Positions 28,110-38,452 of a stretch of DNA of 64,000 bases are shown piece after piece (within the stretch, counting starts at the first letter, position 1; each line of letters opens with the position of its first letter). The notes under the pieces were generated by a model that searched no databases, was not told the origin of the DNA, and saw only the letters and a list, made by a program, of their open reading frames with translations. A program made the translations under genes and the position numbers. The stretch lies in the NCBI GenBank assembly GCA_965203355.1, contig OZ241889.1, positions 64,001 to 128,000 on the forward strand. Direction: 5' to 3'. This DNA is from Candidatus Latescibacterota bacterium. Lineage in GTDB: Bacteria; Latescibacterota; UBA2968; UBA8231.

Positions 28110-31100
28110 ATGACTAATCCCCGCGCCACTTTCCAAACGCTTTTGCGCGAGTTGTTTCAGTTTGACTGCGCCGATTTGGACTTTGGCATATACCGCATTG
28201 TGAATCGCAAGCGGGAGGTCATTGAGCGGTTCATAACCGATGATTTGCCGAAAGCGGTAGCCGTGCAACTCGACAGCGGCGCGTTGGCCGATCAGGCGCA
28301 GGCCGAGCGAGCGTTGCAGGAAGTTCGTCAGCGGATTGGGGAGACCTTGGGGGACGCCATTGATGCCGACGGCAATCTGGCAGAGATGTATCACAACACG
28401 CCGCTTGGTAGAGATTACTTAGAGTTGAAGGCGAAATCCGTTGGCGGTCAAGGCCGCGATGCTCTCGAGGCGGCCATTTTCAATCACCTGTACGCTTTCT
28501 TTAGCCGCTACTACCAAGACGGCGATTTCATTTCCAAGCGTCGGTATTCCAAACGCCAACGCTACGCCATTCCGTACAACGGCGAAGAAGTGCATCTCCA
28601 TTGGGCCAATAGCGATCAATACTACATTAAGACCGGCGAGCATTTTTGCGATTATTCGTTTGCCGTGCGCGGCGTCACCGTGCATTTCAAACTTCAGATT
28701 GCCGATGTCGAGCAGGACAACGTAAAGGGCGACAGGCGGTTTTTTCTGCCGTGTATTGAGACGATTGCTTGGGACGAGAAGGCCAAGCGACTTGACATTC
28801 CGTTTGAGTATCGGCCGCTGACTGGATCGGACGACTACGGCAAGAAGAATCAGCAGGAGGCCATCATCGCGAAAGCTGTGGCGGAAATTCCCAAGCAGTT
28901 GGCTAGGGCTACTGACGCGCTGGCGGCTTTGACGGGTGAAAAACGCCGGAACGACGATGCGCAGGCTGTCTCTTTCCTCGAACACCACTTGCGCCAATAT
29001 ACTCGGCGCAACACGTCCGATTTCTTCATTCACAAAGATCTGAAGGGCTTTCTCGTCCGCGAACTCGATTTCTACCTGAAGAATGAGGTGCTGAATCTCG
29101 GCGACATGGAAGTGGCAGGAGAAGATCGCGCTGAGGGCTGGTTTCAGATGATGCGGACGATCCGTTCGGTCGGCGACCAAATCATCGACTTTCTGGACCA
29201 GATCGAAGGCTTCCAGAAAATGTTGTGGGAGAAGCGAAAGTTCGTCACCGAGACGCACTACTGCATTGCGGTTGCACACATTGCCGAGAACTTCTATGCG
29301 GACATCGCCGGATGCGAGGCGCAGTGGGACGAGTGGAAAGCACTGTTCAGCATTGACGAAGATCAAATCGACCTGTTCAACGCGGGCAAGGACAAGACAG
29401 GCAAGCGCGTCGAGTTCTTAAAGGCGCGTCCGACGCTCGTCCTCGATAGCAAACACTTTGACGGCGATTTTGTGGATCGGCTGTTGGGTAGCTTTGACGA
29501 TTTGGACGGGATGACGGATGGAGTTTTGATACACGGCGAGAATTTTCATGCTCTCCACTTTCTGTCGGAAGAATACAAAGGAAAACTACAGTGTGTGCAT
29601 ATTGATCCCCCGTATAATACTCAGTCATCACATGGCTTTCTCTACAAAAATGAATACCAACATTCGAGTTGGCTCGCAATGATGCAAAACCGTATTGCGG
29701 CTACTGTTCCCTTGCTGCGTCAAGAAGGTTCTTTTTTATGTCATATTGATGAGAATGAATATGAGGTTTTGTACTTGCTGTTTGCGAATACAGGCATACC
29801 AGATGGCGGCACTATCGTTTGGGATAAGAAGAATCCCATGCTTGGACGCAAAGGCATTGCTACCCAACATGAGTACGTCTTGTGGCGAGCATGGAGCGAG
29901 TCGTCGGTGTACTTACGTCCTGCTAATGTCCGCATGATGATCGACAAAGCGGAATCACTAATTCGAGAGTACGGATATGTCAATGAACAGGTCCGGCGTG
30001 ATTTCAGTAATTGGGTCAATAGTTGCGAAGGTTTGACCGGTGGAGAGCGAGCGTATCGACTGATTGATGACAATGGTCGGGTTTATCGTGGCGTAGCGAT
30101 GACATGGCCTAACCCTAAGCAGCCACCAGACAAGTTTTTTATTCCCCTTATTCATCCTGTTACCAAAAAGCCATGCCCTGTTCCAAGTAGAGGATGGTCT
30201 CGTACACCTGAAAAAATGCAAGAACTATTGGACCGAGACGAAATCATCTTCGGCAAAGACGAGACCGTACAGCCAACACGAAAGATATTTCTAAAACCTG
30301 ATTCCGGTCGGCAACTATCGTCGGTGCTTAGCGATGCTAGCAGAGGTAAAAACGACTTAGAAAAACTGGGCTTTGAGTTTTCCTACTGCCATCCGGTTTC
30401 GCTCTATGTGGAACTGTTGGGGGCCGCTGCGGCAGAAAGTGGAGATACAGTTCTCGACTACTTCGCCGGCTCTGGCACCACCGGCCACGCCGTCATCAAC
30501 CTCAACCGAGAAGACGGCGGCCAACGAAAATTCATCCTCGTCGAGATGGGCGATCACTTCGACACCGTTCTACTCCCGCGCATTAAAAAAGTCGCATTCA
30601 CGCCCGAATGGAAAGACGGCAAACCCAAGCGCATGGCAACGCCTCAAGAAGCCGAGCGAGGGCCGCGCATCGTCAAGTACATGCACCTTGAAAGTTATGA
30701 GGATGCTCTGAACAACATCGACTTCGACGAAGCGGCCGCACAAAAAGCGTTGCAATTCGACGACTACCTGCTCAAGTACATGCTCCAATGGGAAACCAAG
30801 CGCAGCGCGACCCTGCTGAACGTAGAAAAGCTATCGCAACCCTTCCGCTACACGCTACATATCCACGCCGACGGCCAAACGCGGCAGCAAATCGCCGACA
30901 TCCCAGAAACCTTCAATTACTTACTCGGCCTGCGCGTCGAGACGCGGCGCGTATATTACGACGACGACCGACGATACTTGGTCTATCGCGGCCAAACGGA
31001 CCAGCAACAAATCGTCGTCATCTGGCGAGAAACCCAAGGCTGGGACAAAGCCGCTCTAGTGCGCGACAAAGAGTTCGTAGCCGAGCAGCAATTAACCGAC

Positions 31101-31205
31101 AGCGCGGACGAAGTCTATGTCAACGGCGATTCATTCATCCGCGAAGCCAAAGCACTAGAACCAACGTTCAAGCGGCGAATGTTCGCGGAGACGAGGACAC
31201 AATGA
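28110..31205 (+). CDS. mod: Type III R-M methyltransferase (Mod), long form
   Basis: DLDFGIYRI N-terminus, HIDPPYNT, DYFAGSGTT, LESYEDALNN. Confidence 0.9.
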   Translation: MTNPRATFQTLLRELFQFDCADLDFGIYRIVNRKREVIERFITDDLPKAVAVQLDSGALADQAQAERALQEVRQRIGETLGDAIDADGNLAEMYHNTPLGRDYLELKAKSVGGQGRDALEAAIFNHLYAFFSRYYQDGDFISKRRYSKRQRYAIPYNGEEVHLHWANSDQYYIKTGEHFCDYSFAVRGVTVHFKLQIADVEQDNVKGDRRFFLPCIETIAWDEKAKRLDIPFEYRPLTGSDDYGKKNQQEAIIAKAVAEIPKQLARATDALAALTGEKRRNDDAQAVSFLEHHLRQYTRRNTSDFFIHKDLKGFLVRELDFYLKNEVLNLGDMEVAGEDRAEGWFQMMRTIRSVGDQIIDFLDQIEGFQKMLWEKRKFVTETHYCIAVAHIAENFYADIAGCEAQWDEWKALFSIDEDQIDLFNAGKDKTGKRVEFLKARPTLVLDSKHFDGDFVDRLLGSFDDLDGMTDGVLIHGENFHALHFLSEEYKGKLQCVHIDPPYNTQSSHGFLYKNEYQHSSWLAMMQNRIAATVPLLRQEGSFLCHIDENEYEVLYLLFANTGIPDGGTIVWDKKNPMLGRKGIATQHEYVLWRAWSESSVYLRPANVRMMIDKAESLIREYGYVNEQVRRDFSNWVNSCEGLTGGERAYRLIDDNGRVYRGVAMTWPNPKQPPDKFFIPLIHPVTKKPCPVPSRGWSRTPEKMQELLDRDEIIFGKDETVQPTRKIFLKPDSGRQLSSVLSDASRGKNDLEKLGFEFSYCHPVSLYVELLGAAAAESGDTVLDYFAGSGTTGHAVINLNREDGGQRKFILVEMGDHFDTVLLPRIKKVAFTPEWKDGKPKRMATPQEAERGPRIVKYMHLESYEDALNNIDFDEAAAQKALQFDDYLLKYMLQWETKRSATLLNVEKLSQPFRYTLHIHADGQTRQQIADIPETFNYLLGLRVETRRVYYDDDRRYLVYRGQTDQQQIVVIWRETQGWDKAALVRDKEFVAEQQLTDSADEVYVNGDSFIREAKALEPTFKRRMFAETRTQ

Positions 31206-32101
31206 GCAATAAATCGACGATCATTGAAGAAATCGATCGGCTGAAAAGGGAACTGGACAAATTGCGTCCATTGCCGGCTGACATCGTGGGGCGCATAGAA
31301 CAAAAGCTCAGGCTTGAGTCGAATTATCACTCCAACGCCATAGAAGGCAACAGCCTGACTCTCGGCGAGACGAGAAGTCTGATCCTCCATGGGCTTACTG
31401 CCCACGGGAAACCCATGCGCGATCATTTGGACATTGAGGGGCATGACGAAGCAGTAAAGGCGATAGAGGATGCCGTAAAAAGAAACGAGGGCCTCAACGA
31501 AGCCTTCATCCGCAATCTCCATAAAGTGTTGTTGAAGGAGCCTTACGAAAATGATGCAATAACGCCAGAAGGACAGCCCGCGAAGCGTCTCATTTCTATT
31601 GGCACGTACAAAACACAGCCCAACAACGTGCGAACCTCTACCGGCGAGATATACTATTTTACGCCCCCGGAACAGGTGAAACCGGCGATGAGCGATCTCA
31701 CAGACTGGTACAGAAAAAACGAAGAAAAGGGCGAACACCCCATTGTCATGGCGGCCACATTTCACTACCGCTTTGTCCGCATTCATCCTTTTGACGATGG
31801 GAACGGACGCATGGCTCGGCTTTTGATGAATATGATCTTAACCAAACACGGCTACACGCTGGCAATCATACCCATAGAGGAGAGAGGCCAATACATCCAA
31901 ACGTTAGAGCAAGCCGACAAGAGCGAAGACTTAGCCGAGTTTATCACTTACATCGCACATTGTTGCCAATATGCCCTGAATCTCCATCTGCAAGCCGTGC
32001 GCGGAGAGGATATTGAAGAAGCAGAGGACATAGAGCAAGCAAGCAATCGCTTCAAGCACTCTTTACAAAAAACGCAAGCAACGCAAGGCTGGCAGGAGTA
32101 A
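31202..32101 (+). CDS. Fic family protein
   Basis: SNAIEGN and HPFDDGNGRMAR; ATGA overlap with mod (track ORF 30788 is an over-extension). Confidence 0.9.
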   Translation: MSNKSTIIEEIDRLKRELDKLRPLPADIVGRIEQKLRLESNYHSNAIEGNSLTLGETRSLILHGLTAHGKPMRDHLDIEGHDEAVKAIEDAVKRNEGLNEAFIRNLHKVLLKEPYENDAITPEGQPAKRLISIGTYKTQPNNVRTSTGEIYYFTPPEQVKPAMSDLTDWYRKNEEKGEHPIVMAATFHYRFVRIHPFDDGNGRMARLLMNMILTKHGYTLAIIPIEERGQYIQTLEQADKSEDLAEFITYIAHCCQYALNLHLQAVRGEDIEEAEDIEQASNRFKHSLQKTQATQGWQE

Positions 32102-32105
32102 CACC

Positions 32106-32420
32106 ATGAGCGCGAGAATCGACATTCCCAAAGAAGAGATCGCCGCCTTCTGTCGGCGCAACCACATCCGGCGTCTGGCCCTGTTCGGCTCAGTCCTGCG
32201 CGACGACTTCACACCTGAAAGCGACGTGGATGTACTGGTGGACTTCGAGCTAGGCCAGACGCCAGGGCTGGAGTTCATCACCATGCAAGACGAGCTAGCG
32301 GCTATACTCGGCCGACAAGTAGATATGTACACCTTCAGAGGAATCGAAAGCAGCCGCAACTGGCTGCTCCGAGAGGAAATACTTAGTTCGACAGAGGTAC
32401 AGTATGAGCAAACGCGATGA
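32106..32420 (+). CDS. Minimal nucleotidyltransferase (MntA-like antitoxin)
   Basis: LFGSVLRDDFTPESDVDVLV (GSx10DxD). Confidence 0.9.
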   Translation: MSARIDIPKEEIAAFCRRNHIRRLALFGSVLRDDFTPESDVDVLVDFELGQTPGLEFITMQDELAAILGRQVDMYTFRGIESSRNWLLREEILSSTEVQYEQTR

Positions 32421-32748
32421 CCGAGTAAGTTTGGTGGACATGCTCATCTACGCGGAGGAAGCTGTCGTTCTGTCCAGTGCGACAAGTCTGAATGACTTGA
32501 TAGAAGACCGGATGATGCAACTCGCCCTACAGAAATTGATAGAGATTGTGGGCGAAGCGGCTAACCGCGTTTCCGAGGAGACACAGCAGTGCTACCAAGA
32601 AGTTCCCTGGCCCCAGATCATCGGCCTGCGTAACCGGCTAGTTCACGGCTACGATGACGTCAATCTCGACATTCTGTGGAAAATCATTCAGAACGACTTG
32701 CCGCCGCTCATTGAACAACTGCGAGCCATCGTTGGCGAAGAGTCCTAA
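32404..32748 (+). CDS. DUF86/HepT-like HEPN RNase toxin
   Basis: EIVGEAA and RNRLVHGY (Rx4HxY). Confidence 0.9.
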   Translation: MSKRDDRVSLVDMLIYAEEAVVLSSATSLNDLIEDRMMQLALQKLIEIVGEAANRVSEETQQCYQEVPWPQIIGLRNRLVHGYDDVNLDILWKIIQNDLPPLIEQLRAIVGEES

Positions 32749-32749
32749 A

Positions 32750-35700
32750 ATGCCGTCCGTACAAATCACCAATTTGGAGCAACATCTAGTCCTACTAGCG
32801 TGGCTCAATCGTCAGTTCGGCTACGAACACAACCGCGATCTATTAGCGGACCTAAAAAAAGCCGACGAAGGGTTCGACGCTGAAGGCCGCAGCTTTGTCT
32901 ATCACCTGCTGATAAGTCGCGGGGGCGCGGTGAGCATTTCGCCGGACGCCTTAGCCCAGTACGACGACAATATCCGCAACCACCTGCACGCCATAAACGC
33001 CCGCCGTTCCGAGCCGATTACCTTGCGCTACTTCCAGTACTTGGCGGTGCTCTACGCAGAAGTGTTCCTCGATGGATACTTCAATCGCCGAGGCGAAATG
33101 CTCTGCTCGCTTAATGATTTTGTCGCTGAGTGCGATGCCGGCGAACCGTTTTCCAAATCCGACCTTAAAAAACTCGCCTTTTGGATGGCGACCGGCAGCG
33201 GCAAAACCCTCATCATGCACCTCAACTACCGCCAATTCCTGCACTACAACAATCAGCCCCTCGACAACGTGCTGCTGATTACCCCCAACGAGGGACTGAG
33301 CGGGCAGCATCTCGAAGAAATGACCGCTTCGGATATACCCTGTCGGCGCTTCGACCTCGCCGAGAGCGGCCTGATGATGGACGCAAATGACGTGGTCCGG
33401 GTCATTGAAATAACCAAACTGGTTGAGCAAAAACGCGGCGGCGGTGTGAGCGTACCCGTCGAGGCATTCGAGGGCAACAACCTGATTTTCGTCGATGAAG
33501 GGCACAAAGGGTCCGGCGGCGAAGCGTGGCGCAGCTTCCGCGACGCGCTAGGCGAGCGCGGCTTTACCTTTGAATACAGCGCCACGTTCGGCCAAGCCCT
33601 GAGTGCGGCGAGTACGGACAAGCTCACAGTGGAGTATGGGAAAGCCATCGTCTTCGACTACTCGTACCGCTATTTCCACGGCGACGGGTACGGCAAGGAC
33701 TTCCGCGTCCTCAATCTCTTGGCAGAGACGACCGAGGAAACGACCGAGACGCTTTTGCTCGGCAACCTACTGTCGTTCTACGAGCAGCAATGCGCGTTCG
33801 CCGAGTATGCCCAAGCCTTGCGCCCCTATCACTTGGAACGGCCGCTATGGGTCTTTGTGGGCAGCAGAGTGAACGCGGTGTATTCCAAGAAATCCAAGAA
33901 ACGCAGCGACGTGCTGACGGTGGCGCGGTTCCTACATCGCGTTCTGGAGAACAAGCATGGCTGGGTACTGTCGGCCATTGAGCGACTCGTCAAAGGCGAG
34001 AGCGGCTTGATCGCGCCAGATGATCAGGACGTGTTCGCCGGGAAATTCGCGTACCTGCGGGCCATGGAGCAACCGGCCGATGCGATGTACCAAGACATCC
34101 TAAAAAAGGTGTTCCACGCCCCGGCTGGCGGCGGCTTGCACTTGTGTGCGATCCGCGGAGCCAATGGCGAATTAGGTCTCAAGGCGAGCAGTGCCCAATC
34201 CTACTTCGGTCTCATCTACATCGGCGACATCAGTGCCTTCAAAAATCTAGTGGAGTCCGACGACGCCGGTCTAACGCTGGAAGAGGATGCACTGGCTAGC
34301 TCCCTGTTCGATGACATCAATGGGCCTCACACCAAAATCGAGGTGCTCATTGGCGCGAAGAAGTTCATGGAAGGCTGGAACTCTTGGCGCGTCTCGAACA
34401 TGGGCCTGCTGAACATCGGCCACAGAGAAGGCTCGGAAATCATCCAGCTTTTCGGGCGCGGAGTGCGCTTGCGAGGGAAAGGCACCAGCCTCAAACGGAG
34501 CGCGGCACTGGATGGCAACCACCCGGCTCACATTGGCCTGCTGGAGACGCTCAACATCTTTGCGGTGCGTGCCAACTACATGGCGCAGTTCCGCAAGTAC
34601 TTAGAGCGAGAGGGCGTGGAGACCGAAGCATACCGAGAACTGCCGCTGTTCATTCGTCCCAACGAGCACTGGCTGCAAAAGGGATTGGTCATACCGAGAG
34701 TGCCGGACGAGCGCGACTTTGCCTCGGAAGAAGATATTCGCTTGCAGATCGATCCGAACGTGACGGTGCGCGTTGATAGGTCCTTGCGGGTCCACGCCTT
34801 AGAAAGCAACCCTACTGGCCTTGCCGGAGTTGGAGCCCACTTGGGTACAGAGCAGGCCATCCCCCAACAAGCCTATTCCCTAATCGATTGGGAGCAGGTG
34901 TATCTCGACCTACTTGAATACAAGGAGCAGAAAGGCCGCGACAACTTGATCGTGCAGCCGGATGTACTGCAGCAGATTATCGCGGACCGCGATCGCTACC
35001 GTCTAATGGCCGAAGTGTCGGTCGTCCAGCCACAGTCGATTGAGGATGTGGGCCGCCTACAAGAGGCTGTAACCTGTATTTTGCGGAAGTACGTGGACGC
35101 TTTCTATCGGGTGCGGCGGGAGCGTTGGGAGCAAAAGCAGATGATCTATAAACCCCTCGACGCGCGGGATCCGAATTTGAGCTTCAGCCGAGAGCCGGAA
35201 GCCAAGGGTCAATACGTGGTCAGCATCCGGCAGTCCGAGCGCCCATTAATCAGCGAAGTTGAAAAGCTGATCGCTGACGGCGAGCAACTATACGCAGGAG
35301 AAACAGAGGAACTGCCCCGCTTTCACTTTGATCGACATCTCTATCAGCCTCTATTGGTTGAAAAGGGCGACAACGTAAAGAGCGCACCTCCGGCGTTGAA
35401 CCAGAGCGAGCAGCAGTTCGTCAAGGATGTGAAAGCCTATTGGACCGCCGAATGCGACCAATCCCTCGCCGGCGTAGAAGTGTTCCTCCTGCGGAATCTA
35501 AGTCGTGGAGCGGGCATTGGCTTCTTTGAGACGAGCGGCTTCTATCCCGATTTCATCCTCTGGATCAAAAAAGGGAAAAAACAACACATTGTCTTTGTGG
35601 AGCCGCACGGAATGATCCACGCAAAAGCATACCAGCACGACGACAAAGCGCGGCTTCACAAAAGGCTGCCGAAATTGGCGCAGGCGCTCGGCGCGCGGAG

Positions 35701-35932
35701 TCCGCAGCACAACGTGACGCTGGATTCGTACATCGTTTCCGCAACGTCCTACCGCGACCTTCACAAGCAATACGACGACGGCACTTGGGATAAGGAGCAG
35801 TTCACCGCCGCGCACATTCTGTTCGCCGAGCGCAACGAACAGTACGACTACATGAAAAATATCTTTACAGATAGCCTAGCCAACTTCTGCAACAGGAGAC
35901 CAAACAATGAACAAAGGTCGGGTCGCCGGTAA
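32750..35932 (+). CDS. res: Type III R-M restriction subunit (Res), SF2 helicase-like plus nuclease
   Basis: MATGSGKT, DEGH, YSATF, QLFGRGVR, FYPDFILW..VEPHG. Confidence 0.85.
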   Translation: MPSVQITNLEQHLVLLAWLNRQFGYEHNRDLLADLKKADEGFDAEGRSFVYHLLISRGGAVSISPDALAQYDDNIRNHLHAINARRSEPITLRYFQYLAVLYAEVFLDGYFNRRGEMLCSLNDFVAECDAGEPFSKSDLKKLAFWMATGSGKTLIMHLNYRQFLHYNNQPLDNVLLITPNEGLSGQHLEEMTASDIPCRRFDLAESGLMMDANDVVRVIEITKLVEQKRGGGVSVPVEAFEGNNLIFVDEGHKGSGGEAWRSFRDALGERGFTFEYSATFGQALSAASTDKLTVEYGKAIVFDYSYRYFHGDGYGKDFRVLNLLAETTEETTETLLLGNLLSFYEQQCAFAEYAQALRPYHLERPLWVFVGSRVNAVYSKKSKKRSDVLTVARFLHRVLENKHGWVLSAIERLVKGESGLIAPDDQDVFAGKFAYLRAMEQPADAMYQDILKKVFHAPAGGGLHLCAIRGANGELGLKASSAQSYFGLIYIGDISAFKNLVESDDAGLTLEEDALASSLFDDINGPHTKIEVLIGAKKFMEGWNSWRVSNMGLLNIGHREGSEIIQLFGRGVRLRGKGTSLKRSAALDGNHPAHIGLLETLNIFAVRANYMAQFRKYLEREGVETEAYRELPLFIRPNEHWLQKGLVIPRVPDERDFASEEDIRLQIDPNVTVRVDRSLRVHALESNPTGLAGVGAHLGTEQAIPQQAYSLIDWEQVYLDLLEYKEQKGRDNLIVQPDVLQQIIADRDRYRLMAEVSVVQPQSIEDVGRLQEAVTCILRKYVDAFYRVRRERWEQKQMIYKPLDARDPNLSFSREPEAKGQYVVSIRQSERPLISEVEKLIADGEQLYAGETEELPRFHFDRHLYQPLLVEKGDNVKSAPPALNQSEQQFVKDVKAYWTAECDQSLAGVEVFLLRNLSRGAGIGFFETSGFYPDFILWIKKGKKQHIVFVEPHGMIHAKAYQHDDKARLHKRLPKLAQALGARSPQHNVTLDSYIVSATSYRDLHKQYDDGTWDKEQFTAAHILFAERNEQYDYMKNIFTDSLANFCNRRPNNEQRSGRR

Positions 35933-36668
35933 AGCGGCCATTGTAACAGGTGCGGCTTCTGGAATTGGAGAAGCCACCGCGCAAGTTTTGGCGCGCGAAG
36001 GCGCGTCCGTCTGCGTGGCAGACGTCAATGCCGATGGCGGCCAGCGGGTCGTCGATGCGATCAACGCCGGCGGCGGCGAAGCCATTTTCGTCCGCACCAA
36101 TGTGAGCGAAGCCGCCCAAGTCATCGAGATGTTCGCACGCACCGAGGCCGCCTTTGGCCGCGTGGACATCGTCCACAACAACGCGATCTGGTTCCGCCAC
36201 GGCCCGGCGACCGAACTGGACGAAAGCGATTGGGACGGCACCTTAAACATCGGCCTAAAGGCGATTTTCCTCGCCGCCAAATACGGCATCCCGATCATGC
36301 GCAAGACCGGCGGCGGCGCCATCATCAACACCGGCTCGGTGCATTCGCTGGTCAGCTTTGCCACGGCCACGGCCTACGACGCGGCCAAGGCCGGCGTTTT
36401 GGGCCTGACGCGGACGCTAGCCATTGATTACGGGCCGGACATCCGCGTCTGCGCGGTGTTGCCCGGTGCCATTCTCACGCCCTTGTGGGACGATCTACAA
36501 GTGCCGGAAGAAGAGCGCGTACGCTACGCTCAGATGGTGCCAGCCCAGCGCTTGGGCACGGGCGAGGACATCGCCAACGCCGTGCTGTTTCTCGCCTCGG
36601 ACGAGGCGTCCTTTATCACCGGAACGGCGCTGACGGTGGATGGCGGAATGCTGGCGCGGGCCGAGTAG
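35907..36668 (+). CDS. SDR family oxidoreductase
   Basis: TGAASGIG, NNA, YDAAK, VDGG. Confidence 0.95.
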   Translation: MNKGRVAGKAAIVTGAASGIGEATAQVLAREGASVCVADVNADGGQRVVDAINAGGGEAIFVRTNVSEAAQVIEMFARTEAAFGRVDIVHNNAIWFRHGPATELDESDWDGTLNIGLKAIFLAAKYGIPIMRKTGGGAIINTGSVHSLVSFATATAYDAAKAGVLGLTRTLAIDYGPDIRVCAVLPGAILTPLWDDLQVPEEERVRYAQMVPAQRLGTGEDIANAVLFLASDEASFITGTALTVDGGMLARAE

Positions 36669-37814
36669 ATGACCAAGCCAGCCGTTAAACCACAAAATCC
36701 CTGCTTTTCCTCCGGCCCCTGCGCCAAGCACCCCGGGTGGAATCTCGCGGCCCTAAAAGACGCGGCCGTAGGACGCTCGCACCGCGCCGCCGTCGGGCGG
36801 GCCAAGCTGCGAGAAGTCATCGAGCGGTCGCGGTCGCTGCTGGGCGTCCCGGCTGATTACCGCATCGCGGTAGTGCCAGCTTCAGACACCGGGGCCGTGG
36901 AAATGTGCCTATGGTCCATGCTCGGCGCACGCGGCGTTGACGTGCTGTCTTGGGAGAGCTTCAGCCAGGGTTGGGCGACGGACATTACTCGGCACCTGCG
37001 GCTGGAGGACGTGCGCGTCTTGGACGCGGATTTTGGCGAGTTACCGGATCTGTGCCAAGTTGATTGCGACCGCGACGTCGTCTTTGCGTGGAACGGCACG
37101 ACCTCCGGGGTGAAGGTGCCCGATGGCGAGTGGATTGCCGCCGACCGCGAGGGCCTGACCATCTGCGACGCGACCTCGGCCGTTTTCGCCGTGGACCTAC
37201 CTTGGGAAAAGCTCGACGTAGTAACCTACTCTTGGCAAAAGGTCATGGGCGGAGAGGCCGCACACGGAATGCTGATCCTCAGCCCGCGCGCGGTTGAGCG
37301 GCTCGTCCATTTCACGCCGCCTTGGCCTTTGCCCAAACTCTTCCGCATGACGCAAGGCGGCCAACTCAACGAGGCCCTGTTCAAGGGCGATACCATCAAC
37401 ACGCCCTCCCTGCTCTGCGTAGAAGACGCGCTCGACGGGCTGCGCTGGGCCGAAAGCATCGGCGGCTTGCCCGAACTCGTGCGGCGCACGCAAGCCAACC
37501 TCGCGGTGTTAGAGCCGTGGGAAGCCGCCAGCGAGTGGATCGCGTTTTTGCCGGCGCGACGAGAGATTCGCTCTAGTACGTCGATTTGCCTGCGAATCGC
37601 CGACCCGTGGTTTGCCGACTTAAGCGAGGACGACCAGCGGGCAAAGGCCAAAGCACTCGTCGCCAAGCTAGAAAACGAAGGCGTCGCCTACGACATCAAC
37701 GGCTACCGCGCCGCGCCGCCCGGCCTGCGGATCTGGGGCGGGGCAACGGTGGAAACCAGCGACATGGAAGCGCTAGTCCCGTGGCTGGATTGGGTGTGGA
37801 ACGAGGGGAACTAA
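36669..37814 (+). CDS. serC: Phosphoserine aminotransferase
   Basis: [35 protein letters not shown]. Confidence 0.9.
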   Translation: MTKPAVKPQNPCFSSGPCAKHPGWNLAALKDAAVGRSHRAAVGRAKLREVIERSRSLLGVPADYRIAVVPASDTGAVEMCLWSMLGARGVDVLSWESFSQGWATDITRHLRLEDVRVLDADFGELPDLCQVDCDRDVVFAWNGTTSGVKVPDGEWIAADREGLTICDATSAVFAVDLPWEKLDVVTYSWQKVMGGEAAHGMLILSPRAVERLVHFTPPWPLPKLFRMTQGGQLNEALFKGDTINTPSLLCVEDALDGLRWAESIGGLPELVRRTQANLAVLEPWEAASEWIAFLPARREIRSSTSICLRIADPWFADLSEDDQRAKAKALVAKLENEGVAYDINGYRAAPPGLRIWGGATVETSDMEALVPWLDWVWNEGN

Positions 37815-37816
37815 CG

Positions 37817-38377
37817 TCAGCCTAACAAATCGGCGGCAACCAATACAAGCTGGGGAATCGTCGGCGAGACGAGCGTAGCGGCGGCTGTGACCTCGACGCG
37901 CTGTTGGTACGCGCCGCCTTGGGGCCGGGCGCACACTTCAATGCGGCCTTTTTGCAGGTCGATCAGCCACGCTTCGGGAAGGCCGGCCTGCGCGTAAAGC
38001 GGCAGCTTGACCTCGCGGTCGTAGTCGGCCGACGTATCGGCGACTTCAACGGCCAGCAGCACGTCAACCGCCGACGGATGAGCGGCCGCGTAGAAATCGG
38101 CGCGGGGACGGAGTAGCACCAGATCGGGTTCGGGGGCCGAGTACGCGTCGAGAGCGATGGGGCTTTGTACTCGCACGATGAAGGCCTGTTGTAGTTGGCG
38201 ATGAAATAAGCCGTTGAGTCGATCGACGCAAGCGGCGTGTCGGCTGCCAATGGGGCTCATGGCGACGATCTGCCCGGCGATAAGCTCAACTCGGTCCTCC
38301 TCGGTTAAAATATTCTCCTCGGCCATGCGGTAGTATTCGCCGACCGTGAAGGCGTGGTTTTGCGGTTGGGTGGTCAT
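37817..38377 (-). CDS. Uma2 family endonuclease
   Basis: RVELIAG..MSPIG..PEPD..VEVADTS..DREVKLPLYA. Confidence 0.9.
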   Translation of the reverse strand: MTTQPQNHAFTVGEYYRMAEENILTEEDRVELIAGQIVAMSPIGSRHAACVDRLNGLFHRQLQQAFIVRVQSPIALDAYSAPEPDLVLLRPRADFYAAAHPSAVDVLLAVEVADTSADYDREVKLPLYAQAGLPEAWLIDLQKGRIEVCARPQGGAYQQRVEVTAAATLVSPTIPQLVLVAADLLG

Positions 38378-38452
38378 GGCAATTCTCCTCTAAAATTGCG
38401 CCCACTCCTAGACAATATAGAAGCGGGCGCAACCTGCACAAGAACGCGTCGC

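Larger units (their letters stand above)
25715..35932 (+). other. Defence-like accessory island (3-gene module + type III R-M + Fic + MNT-HEPN)
   Basis: Eight co-directional tightly packed genes, visibly lower GC in parts, between housekeeping/catabolic genes; no integrase or att seen. Confidence 0.7.

Noticed and set aside
30788-31201. N-terminal extensions on Fic (also serS, folD, glgP, ssb, res and hemH track ORFs)
   Set aside because: They overlap neighbouring genes or repeats; downstream starts with an SD or stop-start coupling fit better
28110-31205. Phase-variable mod (phasevarion)
   Set aside because: No simple sequence repeat tract seen in or before mod
25652-35906. Integrative element with att sites around the defence island
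   Set aside because: No integrase, tRNA or convincing flanking direct repeat found by eye
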